NCBI GenBank assembly: GCA_040954595.2
Contig: CM082596.2
Location: 9,382,461-9,446,460 of the forward strand
DNA length: 64,000 bases
From: Balanoglossus misakiensis
Taxonomy: Eukaryota > Animalia > Hemichordata
Direction: 5' to 3'
Shown here: positions 28,834-41,300 of the stretch, piece after piece
Layout: every line of letters begins with the position of its first letter
Numbering within the stretch: the stretch's first letter is position 1
Notes under the pieces: generated by a model
Told to the model about the DNA's origin: nothing
What the model saw: only the letters and a program-made list of their open reading frames with translations
Databases searched by the model: none
Position numbers and translations under genes: made by a program

Positions 28834-29086
28834 TTTCTCTGGTAAGCATGGCATTTAATGTTATTTTACAAGTACATGTACACTCCTTCTTGCAAAAACT
28901 GGTAGTGGTAGGGCGACAGTGTCTTCCCAACATCGAAATTCTGACTTTGGAAAGCGTTACAGCGCCGAACAGTAAACTCACAGTCGCATGGAATTCATGC
29001 GTTGTTTTACACCGTGCGAGTAAATTGTACGTCGTTCGTGGCCTCGAGTCAGCTTTGTCATTGTGGGGCAGGTGGTACCGTAACAC

Positions 29087-29503
29087 CACAGGGGGCTCTC
29101 CCTCCGCAATTTTATTGTGTGTTTGTTTGTTGTTGTTGTTGATTGGCATTATAAACAAATACATATTTCTTTGTCAATAAATATGGTTTGTTGACATGTA
29201 AGGGTTAGGTTATTAGGGTATATTTGACAGGTTATGGTATATTCAACTGTTAGTATTAGTGTTGGCATTTTTGCGATCCACGGCCAGCATCACCCTCTCT
29301 TCGTGGCTTAGTGATGCCCGGGGCCGTGGATCGAAAAAAGTGCCAACACTAATGCTAACCGTTGAATATTCCCTAACACTTACATGTCAACAAACCATAT
29401 TTATTAATAAAGAAATATGTATTTGTTTATAATGCCAATCATCATCAACAACAACAACAACAAACAAACAAACAATAAAATCGCGGAGGGAGAGCCCCCT
29501 GTG
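29087..29503. mobile_element. Palindromic (foldback) MITE with 7-bp TSD, possibly P/Galileo-superfamily
   Basis: Almost the whole 417 bp is self-complementary; termini CACAGGGGG...CCCCCTGTG; GTAACAC duplicated at 29080-29086 and 29504-29510. Confidence 0.85.
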
Positions 29504-29706
29504 GTAACACACTACAGTATAACTTTTAAGGCAAAGCGATAGCGAATAAACTGACCAGAATTAGTTTTGTTGTTGGGGAGATTTTTGGCACCATCGAGAC
29601 TGTTATAAGCTACCAGTGTCAGCTATGGCATAGCTGTTAACACGCAGCCCTGCCACGCAGAGCTACTATGACTGGTTACTAACTTCTATGTCTATTTGAT
29701 TCACAG

Positions 29707-29781
29707 ATGCTGCCTGAAAATGTCTGCGTTTCAACTCGGGATTCTCTTCCTCGTCCGAGGCGAGTTTAAGACCGCTCAATG
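29707..29781 (+). other. Exon-like unit A1 (75 nt)
   Basis: Branch-like TACTAAC, acceptor TTTGATTCACAG| and donor TG|GTAAGC. Confidence 0.6.
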
Positions 29782-30354
29782 GTAAGCATGACTTGCTATA
29801 TATTTGCTTTTATCACGCGTTGCAAACGGTACAATAGGAAGCAATGTATGTCTACGAACTAATTTACACATTCCAGCTTTCAATACTTGTTTTTTCCCCT
29901 TCGAATTCTGGCCTTGATTGCCTGTGATATGGTAGTGATGACATGAATTAAATGGACAACTCACAAGTTCAAATCTTCACATGGAGCATAGAATACATTT
30001 GGATGCATTTCTTTAAACATATAGCTAAAATTACTCCCATACCAATACACAGGGAGATACTGTAGCTTTGGCTGAACATGCGCTAGTCCAACACCATGCT
30101 TAATCAAACTGGCTAAGAAGTCTATTATCATATTAGACTTATGAAGGACAGTAATGAGTAATGTTGTTTAAAGTGACAAAAACAATAATTTAGGTCAGAA
30201 AGAAAAATGTTAATCATGACACAAACAGGCTGGATATTTTTTCTGACCCTATATTATACCATGTTTTGCATATTTTCACTATTTAGTATTGCCCACATAA
30301 TTCTAAAGCAAGGTTGATTGGTTACTTATTAATATGCATATATTTGATTCACAG

Positions 30355-30427
30355 TCTTAAACACAGCATTTCAACGTATGCCGGAGGAGGGAGAGAATAC
30401 CTAGGCCTGATCCAAGACCGCTTTCCG
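30355..30427 (+). other. Exon-like unit B1 (73 nt)
   Basis: Acceptor TTTGATTCACAG|, donor CG|GTAAGC; open frame LKHSISTYAGGGREYLGLIQDRFP. Confidence 0.55.
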
Positions 30428-31740
30428 GTAAGCACAACTTGCTGTATACATGCTCCATAGCTTGTTTGTAAAGGCTACCTTTTCCCATCAAACAGTGAAG
30501 TCGCCCTTTCAAAATTATGGTGGTGGCAAGCCACAACTGGTTATCATGAAGAGTTGGACACCACTAATAATCATTTTAATATTTTCCAATGGGTAACCTT
30601 TATGTAACACTATCCTCAACAATTTCAGTCAACAAGATTTATATTTCGCTGTATAGCAAGGCCGAACAAATATGACTGATTGATAGGGATTTATCTGAAA
30701 ATATGACAAAATCAACAAATACAGAATAATAAGTCACCAAACATGTATCATGTTTTATTCGAGGGAACATGAGCAGGGTCCCATAAACCTGCCAACCCAT
30801 GCTACCCATGACTTTACAAATGTTTCCGTCATACTATGCAGAAAATTCTGGCTGCTTTAAATAGGTTTTCACTTTGCGCTAGGGGGTCAAATCCCATTGC
30901 ATTCTGGGCGAAAAGTTCACAACCAACTGTAGTAAGAGATAGAAGAAATGATATGTTTACTGTATTTCATGACTTCCTTTGGTCAAACATGTCTGTCTCT
31001 GTAGTTAGCATATTAAACCCATTAAACTGTTTTTCACATTTTGTTATATTTTCTGTTAAAAAGTTCCAGAATGACCCATCATCACTTTAGCATATGAACT
31101 CCCATTTCTTTAACATGGCAAAAATCGGCCATCTTGAAATTGTCGACCGTATGAGATTTTCATCACTCACTTAGGGTAGCTTAAAACGTATTTCAGGGGA
31201 GAATTGTATAGGCATGACTTGGTCTGTAAATTTGATGAAATACCTACCTGCAAATTGTTCACAAGCAGCTGACTGTACTGAAAGACTGGAAGTGTTGTGT
31301 ACTTATTTTACATATTCAATATTTGTAATTAGACCATGTCATGTATATCTTGGGGATTGCTCGATCGCAATGTCTCTGCTGGTACAATGTCCTTTTAACT
31401 TGTACAGTAATATGGTAGTGATTGTAAGTTTGTGTGCAGCATTTGTAAATTATTTTCAATTTATAAATTATTTCTAAGTTTCTTCATTCTCAAATTGCTT
31501 GCCCAACTGCATTAAAATTTAAATTTTGGTATGATTTTGAGTAGGCTTTCTGTTTCAAATTTATTTTCTACACTTTTTGAAATTTTTTGGTAAAATGATT
31601 TTCCATGGAAAATCTGATTTCCCTGTAATTCGGTTGACAGGATTTTCACCAGACCTCTAAATCATGAAGTACATGTATCAGAATTGCATCGCCCCCCCCC
31701 CCCCCAAAAAAAAATTCTAGTCACCCTTGGCATGTAGTAT

Positions 31741-34338
31741 TAGTGGAGCGGCCAAACCCCAATTTTCATCGCGATTGTGCATTTTGTGATAAAAACACCA
31801 AACTTGGCTCAGATGTGTGTTACTGTGTACTAAGCAAATTCAGATAGCGAGCCACTTAATATCTGTTAACGGGTAGCTATGGCAACCATTTTTCAAAATG
31901 GCCGCCACTATATTAATCTTTCACACAAAATAACGACTAAAGAACACCAAGGTTCTTTCAGATTAGGATATTTGAAACCAGAAACTATAGAAAGGGTATT
32001 TGTGGTCACCGAAATAGTTCTGAATATAGAATAAAGGATAAAACACAGTTTAACGTCTACAGTACAGCGGCATAACAAATCGATTGTGCATTTTGTGATA
32101 CAAGCACCAAACTTGGCTATGTGCATTAATGTGTACTAAACAAATTCAGATAGTGAGCCACAATATCTGTTGATGAGTTTCCATGGCAACTATTTTTTCA
32201 TTTTTTCAAAATGGCCGCCAATACAGATAATCTCACCCACAAAATAACAATTATAAAACTCCAAAGTAAATTCATATTACAAAATTTGAAACAAGAAACT
32301 GCTCAAAGAGTAATTTCTAAAATTTTTATCATCACTAAACTAGTTAAAGGGGTAAATACAGGATCGAGATTCAGTCGCTAAAGAAATTCAAGTTTGGTAA
32401 TAACCACGATTACAACAAACTTAGTTAAAACACTGTATAACCATAGATATATTATAATAGTGACCTGGCATAAACAACATTTTCATAAAATTTGGGCATT
32501 TTGTGATAAAAGTTTAACAGGTAAACCTCAGTTGATTCGTTATTTTCCCCATAAAAATATCTTTCATGAACAAAATTCCAAATTTAGTCAACCCAGGAAA
32601 AAACGGCATCTCGTTTCTCAACCTTATAAATTGATCTGACCAGTTTGAATCAGTGCAGAATCTAGCTTTTCTATTTTATCTTCATCAAATGATTCATGCA
32701 AATAAAGAATCACTTCCCCATAATATGATGGCAGAAAGCCAGTATCATGACAGTCGATTGGTTTGTTAAAGTTACTATAGAAACTAACTATGTCTAGGTT
32801 GTATGTACATAGATAGATGTTAGGAATCAAAATCAAAATCTGTTTCAAACTTTTCATCCAATACTTGTCCTTCGGAAAGCGTTTTGATGAAGTCGCTTGA
32901 AGTGCTTTGTATTGCTCATGTTATCGATAATTTTAATCGCACCTTGATGATAGTCAGCAGTTCTATTTTGACATGTTATTTTGTGTTTTTTGAACCCCCA
33001 AAATCAAAGAATAAAATGATAAAGTGAAAATAAGCTTCAAAACACCAAAAGTCTTCAGGATCACAGCTTTTCTGTAAAGAGTAAGATTTCGCTTACTTCA
33101 TGCTATTAAATGAAATGAAGTTTTCCTAATATCTCTTGCAAAGTCGGATCTTTACACATTGAGATATTAGAATGAAAGTACATTCCAAGTGACTTGTTGG
33201 GAGCATTGGGCCACCTAATCCCAGAAAATTGCAATAATACCTGTTTTTCCATTTACCAATCTAAAGGCCAACTGCTTGTATCTTTAGTTGGGTTTTTATA
33301 ATTAACACACATTTTTGACAATATTTATGGCATGATGAACACTATTCTCGACAAATAAAATAATGTTGTGTCCCCCGGTGTAATTTTTATGAGTTTGGAA
33401 TCATAGACACCATTTATCTTTTGGTCAACTCTGTTAACAGTCGCCAAAATTGCTGGAGTCGAACTGATACATGATCTAAAGTATCAAGACATATGGTCGA
33501 TTATTAACGTTTCAGCAATTCGACTTAAGTTTCTTTAATTTCCCATGGCATTTTGACAAACATCAACGCCCCGAAAAAACGTTGTCAACGCTGCGGTCGC
33601 GATTGTGGTCGAAACAAAGCCAACATTTTCGCATGGTTTGTTACCCGGGGTCCATTTAGATTGCATTGCGTTTGAGGCCCTATGTGTATGTCTGTCGACC
33701 AATAAACGCGACGACCGTGGACTCAGTTTGGATCAACGTCTATTTCGGGCAGTGGACTCTCAGTTGATAAGGAAATTTTACCAGTCACGAGTAAGCTAAG
33801 CCCGCATCCGTGTGCAATTCGAATATATCGGTGATCTGTTAATATGATTATCATTGGCTAAGGTGGTAAACTGTTGTGATTCATATGACGTGTAATTTAT
33901 GTACTGCAAGTTAAATATCGCAATTAGCCTAATGTTTGACGATAGACAGTATGGTTTCACTTCTAGAGGAGCACCTATTAATCCGAGAACAAAGGGATTA
34001 AAAGTTGCGCCTTTAAATTGTGTTTTGATAACTTACTTACCCCTATAAGTAGTTTAGTAACCATAATATCTTTGCAAATCATTCTTTACACAGTTCCTTG
34101 TATCAAATATAGTAATCTAAATTTATTTTGGTGTTTACAGTTGTTATTTGGTGGGTGAAATTATCTGTATTGGTGACCATTTTGAAAAATCGGTTGCCAT
34201 GGAAACTCATCAACAGATATTTAGTGGCTCGCTATCTGAATTTGTTTACTTCACATTAACACACATCTGAGCCAAGTTTGGTGCTTTTATCACAAAATGC
34301 ACAATCGCTATGAAAATTAGGGTTTGGCCGCTCCACTA
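31741..34338. mobile_element. Non-autonomous Academ-like DNA transposon (2.6 kb)
   Basis: Long TIRs starting TAGTGGAGCGGCCAAACCC, 3-bp TSD TAT (31738-31740, 34339-34341); absent at the homologous site of duplicate copy 2 (~38780). TAG termini and short TSDs are Academ hallmarks. Confidence 0.85.
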
Positions 34339-34434
34339 TATTAGCCATTGATCTGGGAAAGTTACAAAAATGTGTTGTCCAAGCACGTTGAAGGTACAAG
34401 TGGTTTTTACACTAGCTATGAAGGCATTTTATTA

Positions 34435-36019
34435 AAATTATTAGGTCCCGTTTGGTATATGTATTTATACCATGGGACCTTACAGGATCAGTTGCACCTG
34501 TATGTATGGATGTCTGTATGGATGTTTGTCTGTATGTCCATCAACATCAAACATTTGGAAACTACTGGCGTGTGACCTTGATATTTAGTGTGGAGATGCA
34601 GGCAAGGCAGTAGGGGGGAGTTTGTCTAAATGAAGTTGTCATTGCCAAAATATGCAAGTGAGCTGGGAAAGTGTCAAATTTGTCAAAACTGAGGAACTCA
34701 AAAACTACTGGGTAAATTGCTTTAAAAATTGAAAATTGATATGCATGTACCTTATAGTAACCTCACACAGCCCTTTATGTTGTCAGCTTATGTGAATTTC
34801 CAATGTTTATGCATTTTTTGTCTCCACATTATCGGTAAAAAATCTACTTTTCTGGAATTGATCAGCTGACTTGTTTGAAATTTAGTATGAAGCTTCGCAG
34901 GTGATCTGAGTTACCATAGTTTTGATTAAAGTGTTGCAAAATTTGTGTATTTTAATTGTGTAGCAATTTTTAGGTCCCATGGCATTTGGTTTGTGTATAT
35001 ATATATATACGATTGGGACCTTATGGAATGACTTGCATCTGTATGTATGGATGAACGGATGAAAACTGCTGTGCATATCACTTCCATATTTAGTGTGTAG
35101 ATGAAGGCGGGGATGTAGATGGGATTTTGTTCAAATGAGGTTGCCATTGCCAAAAGTATTACCTGTGAAAATGTGAAATTGGTCAAAAGTCAGAAACTCA
35201 GCAACCACTGGTCAGATTGATCTGAAAACTTGTATGTCAATAAACCCCATACAGTCCTGTATGCTTTGAGCTAATATTATGAATTTTCTAATGTTTATTA
35301 ATTTTTTGTCTTTTTCCAAATTATTGGTAAAAAAATCTTCACTTCTGAAAGCGATAGTCCGACTCCTTCGAAATTTAGTATGAAGCTTCCTATAGGTGGT
35401 CCGAGTTACCATATTTTTTGTTCAGATTGTTGTAAAATAGGCATATTTATAATTTTGAGCAATTATGCCAATTTTGGTCAGAATGCTTTGCAATTTGGTA
35501 GGCAGATTCCCAGGGGTAACCCAAGTGAGATGTCTTAAAAATGGTTAAAACTTCATCTTTGTCTTATTTGGAGATATTTTATGCAATCTTTGTCAAAAAC
35601 TGTTTTCTCTGAAAACGTTCAAACCGTTGTCTGGTTGCTTTGAACTTTGGCAGGAATGTTCCTTGTAGTGATTGAAGTAAGATGGTGTACAATTATAGTG
35701 ATTTTTGCATATTTGTGTTTTTGCCACTTTTGAACAAATGTGTTTTTCTTTGAAACTGCTTTTTTGATGGCTTTGAAATATGGTAGGAAAATTCCTAGGG
35801 GTAACCCAAATTTTTTTTCTGATTGCTTTAGAAGTTGGTTTACAATTTCATAACACATGTACCTGTATGTGCGACTTTTATTAAAGTCTGGTTTTTAATA
35901 TTTAGGTAGTTTTGTTGTAAATTCTTTGTTTTTGGATAGCAAATCTTCTCTTGAACCAATTGCCCAGTTTCTTTGAAAGTTACTGTTAACAAGGTGAGTT
36001 GGTACACCCAACTTAGACT
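34435..36019 (+). mobile_element. DINE-1/Helentron-associated-like repeat region (related segments ~38875-40640, 41720-42865, 44100-44990, 46000-47535)
   Basis: Short inverted repeat AGGTCCC...GGGACCT after a T-run, followed by (GTAT)n-like microsatellite and degenerate internal repeats; shared 3' motif GACCACAGTGTCCYTGACGC at ~42838 and ~47510. Family assignment is inferred from structure. Confidence 0.5.
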
Positions 36020-36081
36020 TTTACATCCAACTTAGAGCTACTATGACTGGTTACTAACTTCTAGGTCTATTTGATTCTCAG

Positions 36082-36156
36082 ATGCTGCCTGAGATTGCCT
36101 GCATTTCAACTCAGGATTCTCTTCCTCGTCTGGGGCGAGTTTAAGACCGCTCAATG
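36082..36156 (+). other. Exon-like unit A2 (75 nt)
   Basis: Paralog of A1 with TACTAAC, TTCTCAG| and TG|GTAAGC retained. Confidence 0.58.
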
Positions 36157-37339
36157 GTAAGCATGACTTGCTATATATTTGCTTTTATCGGGCGTTGCAA
36201 CCGAAGCAATAGGAAGCAATTTGTATGTCTACGAACTAATTTACACATTCCAGTTATCAATACTTTTTTTTTCCCTTCGAATTCTGGCCTCGATTGCCTG
36301 TGATATGATCGTGATGACATGAATTAAATGGTCAAGTTCAAATCTTCATGTGATGCATAAATTAAATTTGGATGCATTTCCTTAACCATATAGCTAGAAA
36401 TTACTCCCATATCAATACACAGGGAGATACCGTAACTTTGGCTGAAAGTGTGCTAGTCCAACACCATGCTTAATCAAACTGGCTAAGAGATCTATTATTA
36501 TGTATAGACACATGAAGGAAAGTAATGTTGTTTAGAGTGAAATAAAACAATACCTTAGGCCGCAAAGAAAAATATAAATCATGACACAAACAGGCTGGAT
36601 TTTTTTTTCAAAAATGTGTGCGTAAGATCACATTGGCTGATGGTGACCAAAGCCAGAGAAGCGCAGTCCTGAATTCGGAAATCTGATCAGTACCAGAAAC
36701 TTGCTCAAAGCTACTAAATGCACAAAAAGTTTTGAGAATCTTTATAAAGATAAAAAATCACCAAGCGACTATTGGGCTTGTCTGTGTTCAATATGTCTTC
36801 CCTGGTAACAACATCTACTTCCGCCACCACGCCATGAGATATACTGACAGCCACGTTTGAAACATTTTAGTATACTGATATTTAAAGTTTAAATTTTAAG
36901 GCTTACTTTTCTATACTTAAATAAATGTTTTATAATTGCCAACAATGTACATTCTTATGCTAATCAGTTGTATGAAAAGTGAGATGGATCAAATGCAAGT
37001 TTCATTTTCACAACAAACAAAGAAATCATTGTACAGTGTTACATAGATGTCAAAGTGCGTGTACACCTTCTGTCATTTACAGAATCTGATATCATGTCAG
37101 TTTCAGTTGTCACCTAATTGCAATGTTTGGGGTATATACCCATGTGGACCACTTTACTGCAGTACTGATGTAAATGGAGTTTTAAGATCGACGTATTCCA
37201 CTGTTGTACATTATCGCAGCACAGTCTGACCGTACATTATACCATGTTTTGCATATTTTCACTAATTAGTATGGCCCACATAATTCTAAAACAAAGTTGA
37301 TTGGTTACTAATTAATATTTGCATATATTTGATTCACAG

Positions 37340-37412
37340 TCTTAAACACAGCATTTCAACGTATGCCGGAGGAGGAAGAGAATACCTAGGCCTTTTCCAA
37401 GACCGCTTTCCG
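37340..37412 (+). other. Exon-like unit B2 (73 nt)
   Basis: Paralog of B1 with the same splice sites; frame LKHSISTYAGGGREYLGLFQDRFP. Confidence 0.55.
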
Positions 37413-38077
37413 GTAAGCACAACTTGCTGTATACATGCTCCATAGCTTGTTTGTAAATGCTACCTTTTCCCATCAAACAGTGAAGTCGCCCTTTCAAAAT
37501 TATGGTGGTGGCAAGCCACAATCGGTTATCATGGAGAGTCCCATAAACTTACCAGCCCACGCTAGCCATGACTTTACAAATGTTTCCCGTCATACAGTGC
37601 AGAACATTCTGGCTGCCTTAAATAGGTTTTCACTATGCGCTAGGGGGTCAAATCACATTGCATTCTGGGCGAAAAGTCCACAACCCACTGTAGTAAGAGA
37701 TGGAAGAAATGATACATTTTTTGTATTTCATGCTTTGGTCAAACATGTCGTTCTCTGTAGTTAGCATATTAAACTCATTAAACTTTTTTCACATTTAGTT
37801 ATTTTTTCTGTTAAAAAGTTCAAGAATGACCCATTATCACTTTAGCTTATGAACTCCCATTTCTTTAACATGGCAAAAATCGGCCATCTTGAAATTGTCG
37901 ACAATATGAGATTTTCATCACTCACTTAGGGTAGCTTAAAACGTATTTCAGGGGAGAATTGTATAGGCATGACTTGGTCTGTAAATTTGATGAAATACCT
38001 ACCTGCAAATTGTTCACAAGCAGCTGACTGTACTGAAAGACTGGAAGTGTTGTGTACTTATTTTACATATTCAATAT

Positions 38078-38391
38078 TTAAGCAATAAAACACCCCCAGC
38101 CATGGTATACCACGAGATTTTGACCAGTTCACGACATATACGCACGAGCGATAGCGAGTGCGTATATGGAGTTGAACTTGTCAAAATCGAGTGGTATACC
38201 ATGGCTGGGGGTGTTTTATTGCTATTATATTATGCCAGTATATTGAAACTTTGCATAAAACATTTTAAAAAGGCATTTTCTTTGACTATGATATATGACT
38301 GTGGTATATGGCTAATATATCACGGTCACGTGTCGTGTCTCGACCAATCAAATAGCGTGATTTACACCACCAATATACTGGTATAATATAA
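38078..38391. mobile_element. ~314-bp double-hairpin non-autonomous element (CryptonV-like architecture)
   Basis: Present only in duplicate copy 2 (empty site ~31322). Inverted repeats 38081-38223 and 38225-38245/38371-38391; no conventional TIR/TSD pair. Confidence 0.75.
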
Positions 38392-41300
38392 TTGTAATTA
38401 GACCATGTCATGTATATCTTGGGGATTGCTCGATCGCAATGTCTCTGCTGGTACCATGGTAGTAATTGTAAGTTTGTGTGCGGCATTTGTAAATTATTTA
38501 TAAATTATTTTGTAAATTTCCTCATTCTCAAATTACTTGCCCAACTGCATTAAACTTTAAATTTTGGTATGATTTTGAGTAGACTTTTTGTTTCAAAATT
38601 ATTTTCGACACTTTTGACATTTTTGGGTGATATGATTTTACATGGAAAATCTGATTTCCCTGTAATTTGGTTGACAGGATTTTCACCATATCTCTAAATC
38701 ATGAAGTACATGTATCAGAATTTGCATCAGGCCCCCCCCCCCCACCCCCCCCCCCAAATTTTAGTCGCCTTTGGAAAGTCATATTAGCCATTGATCTGGG
38801 GAAGTTACAAAAATGTGTTGTCCAAGGGCGTTGAAGGTACAAGTGTTTTTACACTAGCTATGTAGGCATTTTATCAGAATTGTTAGGTCCCATTTGGTAT
38901 TTGTATTTATACCATGGGACCTTATTGGATCAGTTGCACCTGATGTATGTATGGATGTTTGTATGTCCGTCAACATCAAACACTTGGAAACCTTGATATT
39001 TAGTGTGGAGATGCAGGCACAGGGGTAGATGGGAGTTTGTCTAAATGAAGTTGTCATTGCCAAAATATGCAAATTAACTGGGAAAGTGTCTAATTCGTCA
39101 ACTCTGAAACTCGACAACTACTGGGCAAATTGCTTTCAAAATTGAAAATTGGTATGCATGTACCTTACGTTAACCTTACACAATTCTATATGTTGTGGGC
39201 TAATAATGTGATTTTTTATGCATTTTTTGTTTCTTTCCACATTAGCAGTAAAAAATCTACTTTTCTGGAATTGATCAGCTGACTTGTTTGATAATTAGTA
39301 TGAAGCTTCTGTGTTACCAACCTTAGTTTTGTTTAAATTATTGCCAAAATTTGGGTATTTATAATTTTGGAGCAATTTTTAGGTCCCATTTGGTTTATGT
39401 GCATGTATATGATTGGGACCCGAGGAATCAGTTGCATTTGTATGTATGGAGTGAATGGATGAAAACCGCTGCGCGTATCACTTCCATATTTAGTGTGTAG
39501 ATGCAGTCGGGGCTGTAGATGGGATTTTGTTCAAATGAGGTTGTCATTGCCGAAAGTATTACCTGTGAAAATGAGAAATTTGGTCAAAAGTCAGAAACTC
39601 GACAACCACTGGTCAGATTGATCTGAAAATTGGTATGTCAATGAACCCATACAGTCATGTATGTTTTGAGCTAATATTATGAATTTTCTAATGTTTATTA
39701 TTTTTTTTTCTTTTTCCACATTATTGGCAAAAAAAATCTTCACTTCTGAAAGCGATAGTCTGAATCCTTCTAAATTTAGTATGAGGTTATATTACATATG
39801 CTGGAGTATGATAAGCTGTAGAACATTCATTTGGTGGCCATATTGAATTTATTCAAAATATAAAGTGCAAACGTAAACTTTTTTTTTTTTCAAAATTGTT
39901 CCAAATGTCATAGAGATAGTTTTGAATAAAAACACTAAAATAGCTTGTGTAATACCCAATATACAGCCCAAATATGGGACTCTAGGAATACTGTTCAGCA
40001 TATTGAATTTATGCAAATTATGAAATCTGCCCATGTCAAATATTACTTCAAGATGGTTCTTAATGTACATGAAATATTTTTATACTTTAAAATCATTGAA
40101 AAGGTCGTGTTTATTTCTTGATATTTGGCCCCAAAATTTTCAATATTAAATGTATGCAAATTAGAAATATTTCTACAAGGTGGATTCGGGTTCAATTAAT
40201 CTAGACACCTCTCCAAAATATATTCTGAAGAAAAAAATTCTGTTGCAATTTATGGTGGGTTAGGTCCCCAAATCTCAAACTTTGGCAGAAATGTTCCTTG
40301 TAGTGATTAAAATAAGATGGTGTACAATTATAGTGATTTTTGCATATTTGTGTTTTTGCCACTTTTGAACAAATGTGTTTTTCTTTGAAACTGTTCTTTT
40401 GATTTGGTAGGAATATTCCTAGGGGTAATACTATTTTTTCTGATTGCTTTGGAAGTTAGTTTACAATTTCATAACACATGTACCTGTATGTGCGACTTTT
40501 ATTAAAGTCTGGTTTTTAATATTTAGGTAGTTTTGTTATAAATTCTTTGTTTTTGGATAGCAAATCTTCTCTTGAACCAATTGCCCAGTTTCTTTGAAAG
40601 TTACTGTATGTTAACAAGGTGATGGTATACCCAACTTAGACTGTATTCACCACATGTTTACGTAAATTTAATATGCCAGCTTTTACACAGACCACCAGCT
40701 ATTCTATTTTGAATTACCCAGTGGCAGGTCACTCAAAATTTTTGAGCAGGTATTCCATGGTTTCTTGATATCACAAAATCGTCTCGAACAGGTCTCCCAT
40801 TAGACACTTTTAGCCCCTTGATTAGCCAATGTCCAAAAACATTTAGGCATTTCAGAGATCATTAGTCAGTTCATCAGTCCACTTGTTATGTTGGGTTGAA
40901 AAACACACACTTGAATTACTTGCTATTTACAGTCCTGCAAGCTGCTTAAAACTTGTGTGGACACTGATTTTATCATGTTGGGTATCTTCAAACTTTGATA
41001 CCACCCCTAGCAATTTTTTATACTGACATGGTTTCTCTCCAGTGATTTCAACATCCTACTAGGAATACAACCCCCCTCCTCAACTTCATAATATAGGGCA
41101 TGAAATTGCAGGTTTTTGAGAACACTATTCAAAATCATCCCCATCAAGTCTGTAAACGTCTTTGGACAGATTTCTCTCCAGAGTAAAACGAAACATGCAA
41201 TAAAGAGACTTTATGCAATAAAAACATGTTGATCATAACTCCAAACAATAATTTGCTATGTACAACATCTCAATCGCTAACAGTAGGTATGGCCATAAGC

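Larger units (their letters stand above)
29659..40642 (+). repeat. Tandem segmental duplication (copy 1 29659-36019, copy 2 36034-40642); more diverged third copy ~43020-44000
   Basis: Colinear similarity at an initial offset of 6375 bp, with copy-specific insertions and deletions. Confidence 0.92.

Noticed and set aside
28703-29180. 153/154-aa overlapping ORFs as genes
   Set aside because: Both include part of the MITE and its microsatellite, the plus ORF crosses a splice donor, and neither resembles a known protein.
29930-30250. Intronic C/D box snoRNA (GTGATGA ... CTGA) in the exon-pair introns
   Set aside because: Box spacing is inconsistent, there is no terminal stem, and the distal CTGA is not conserved in the third paralog.
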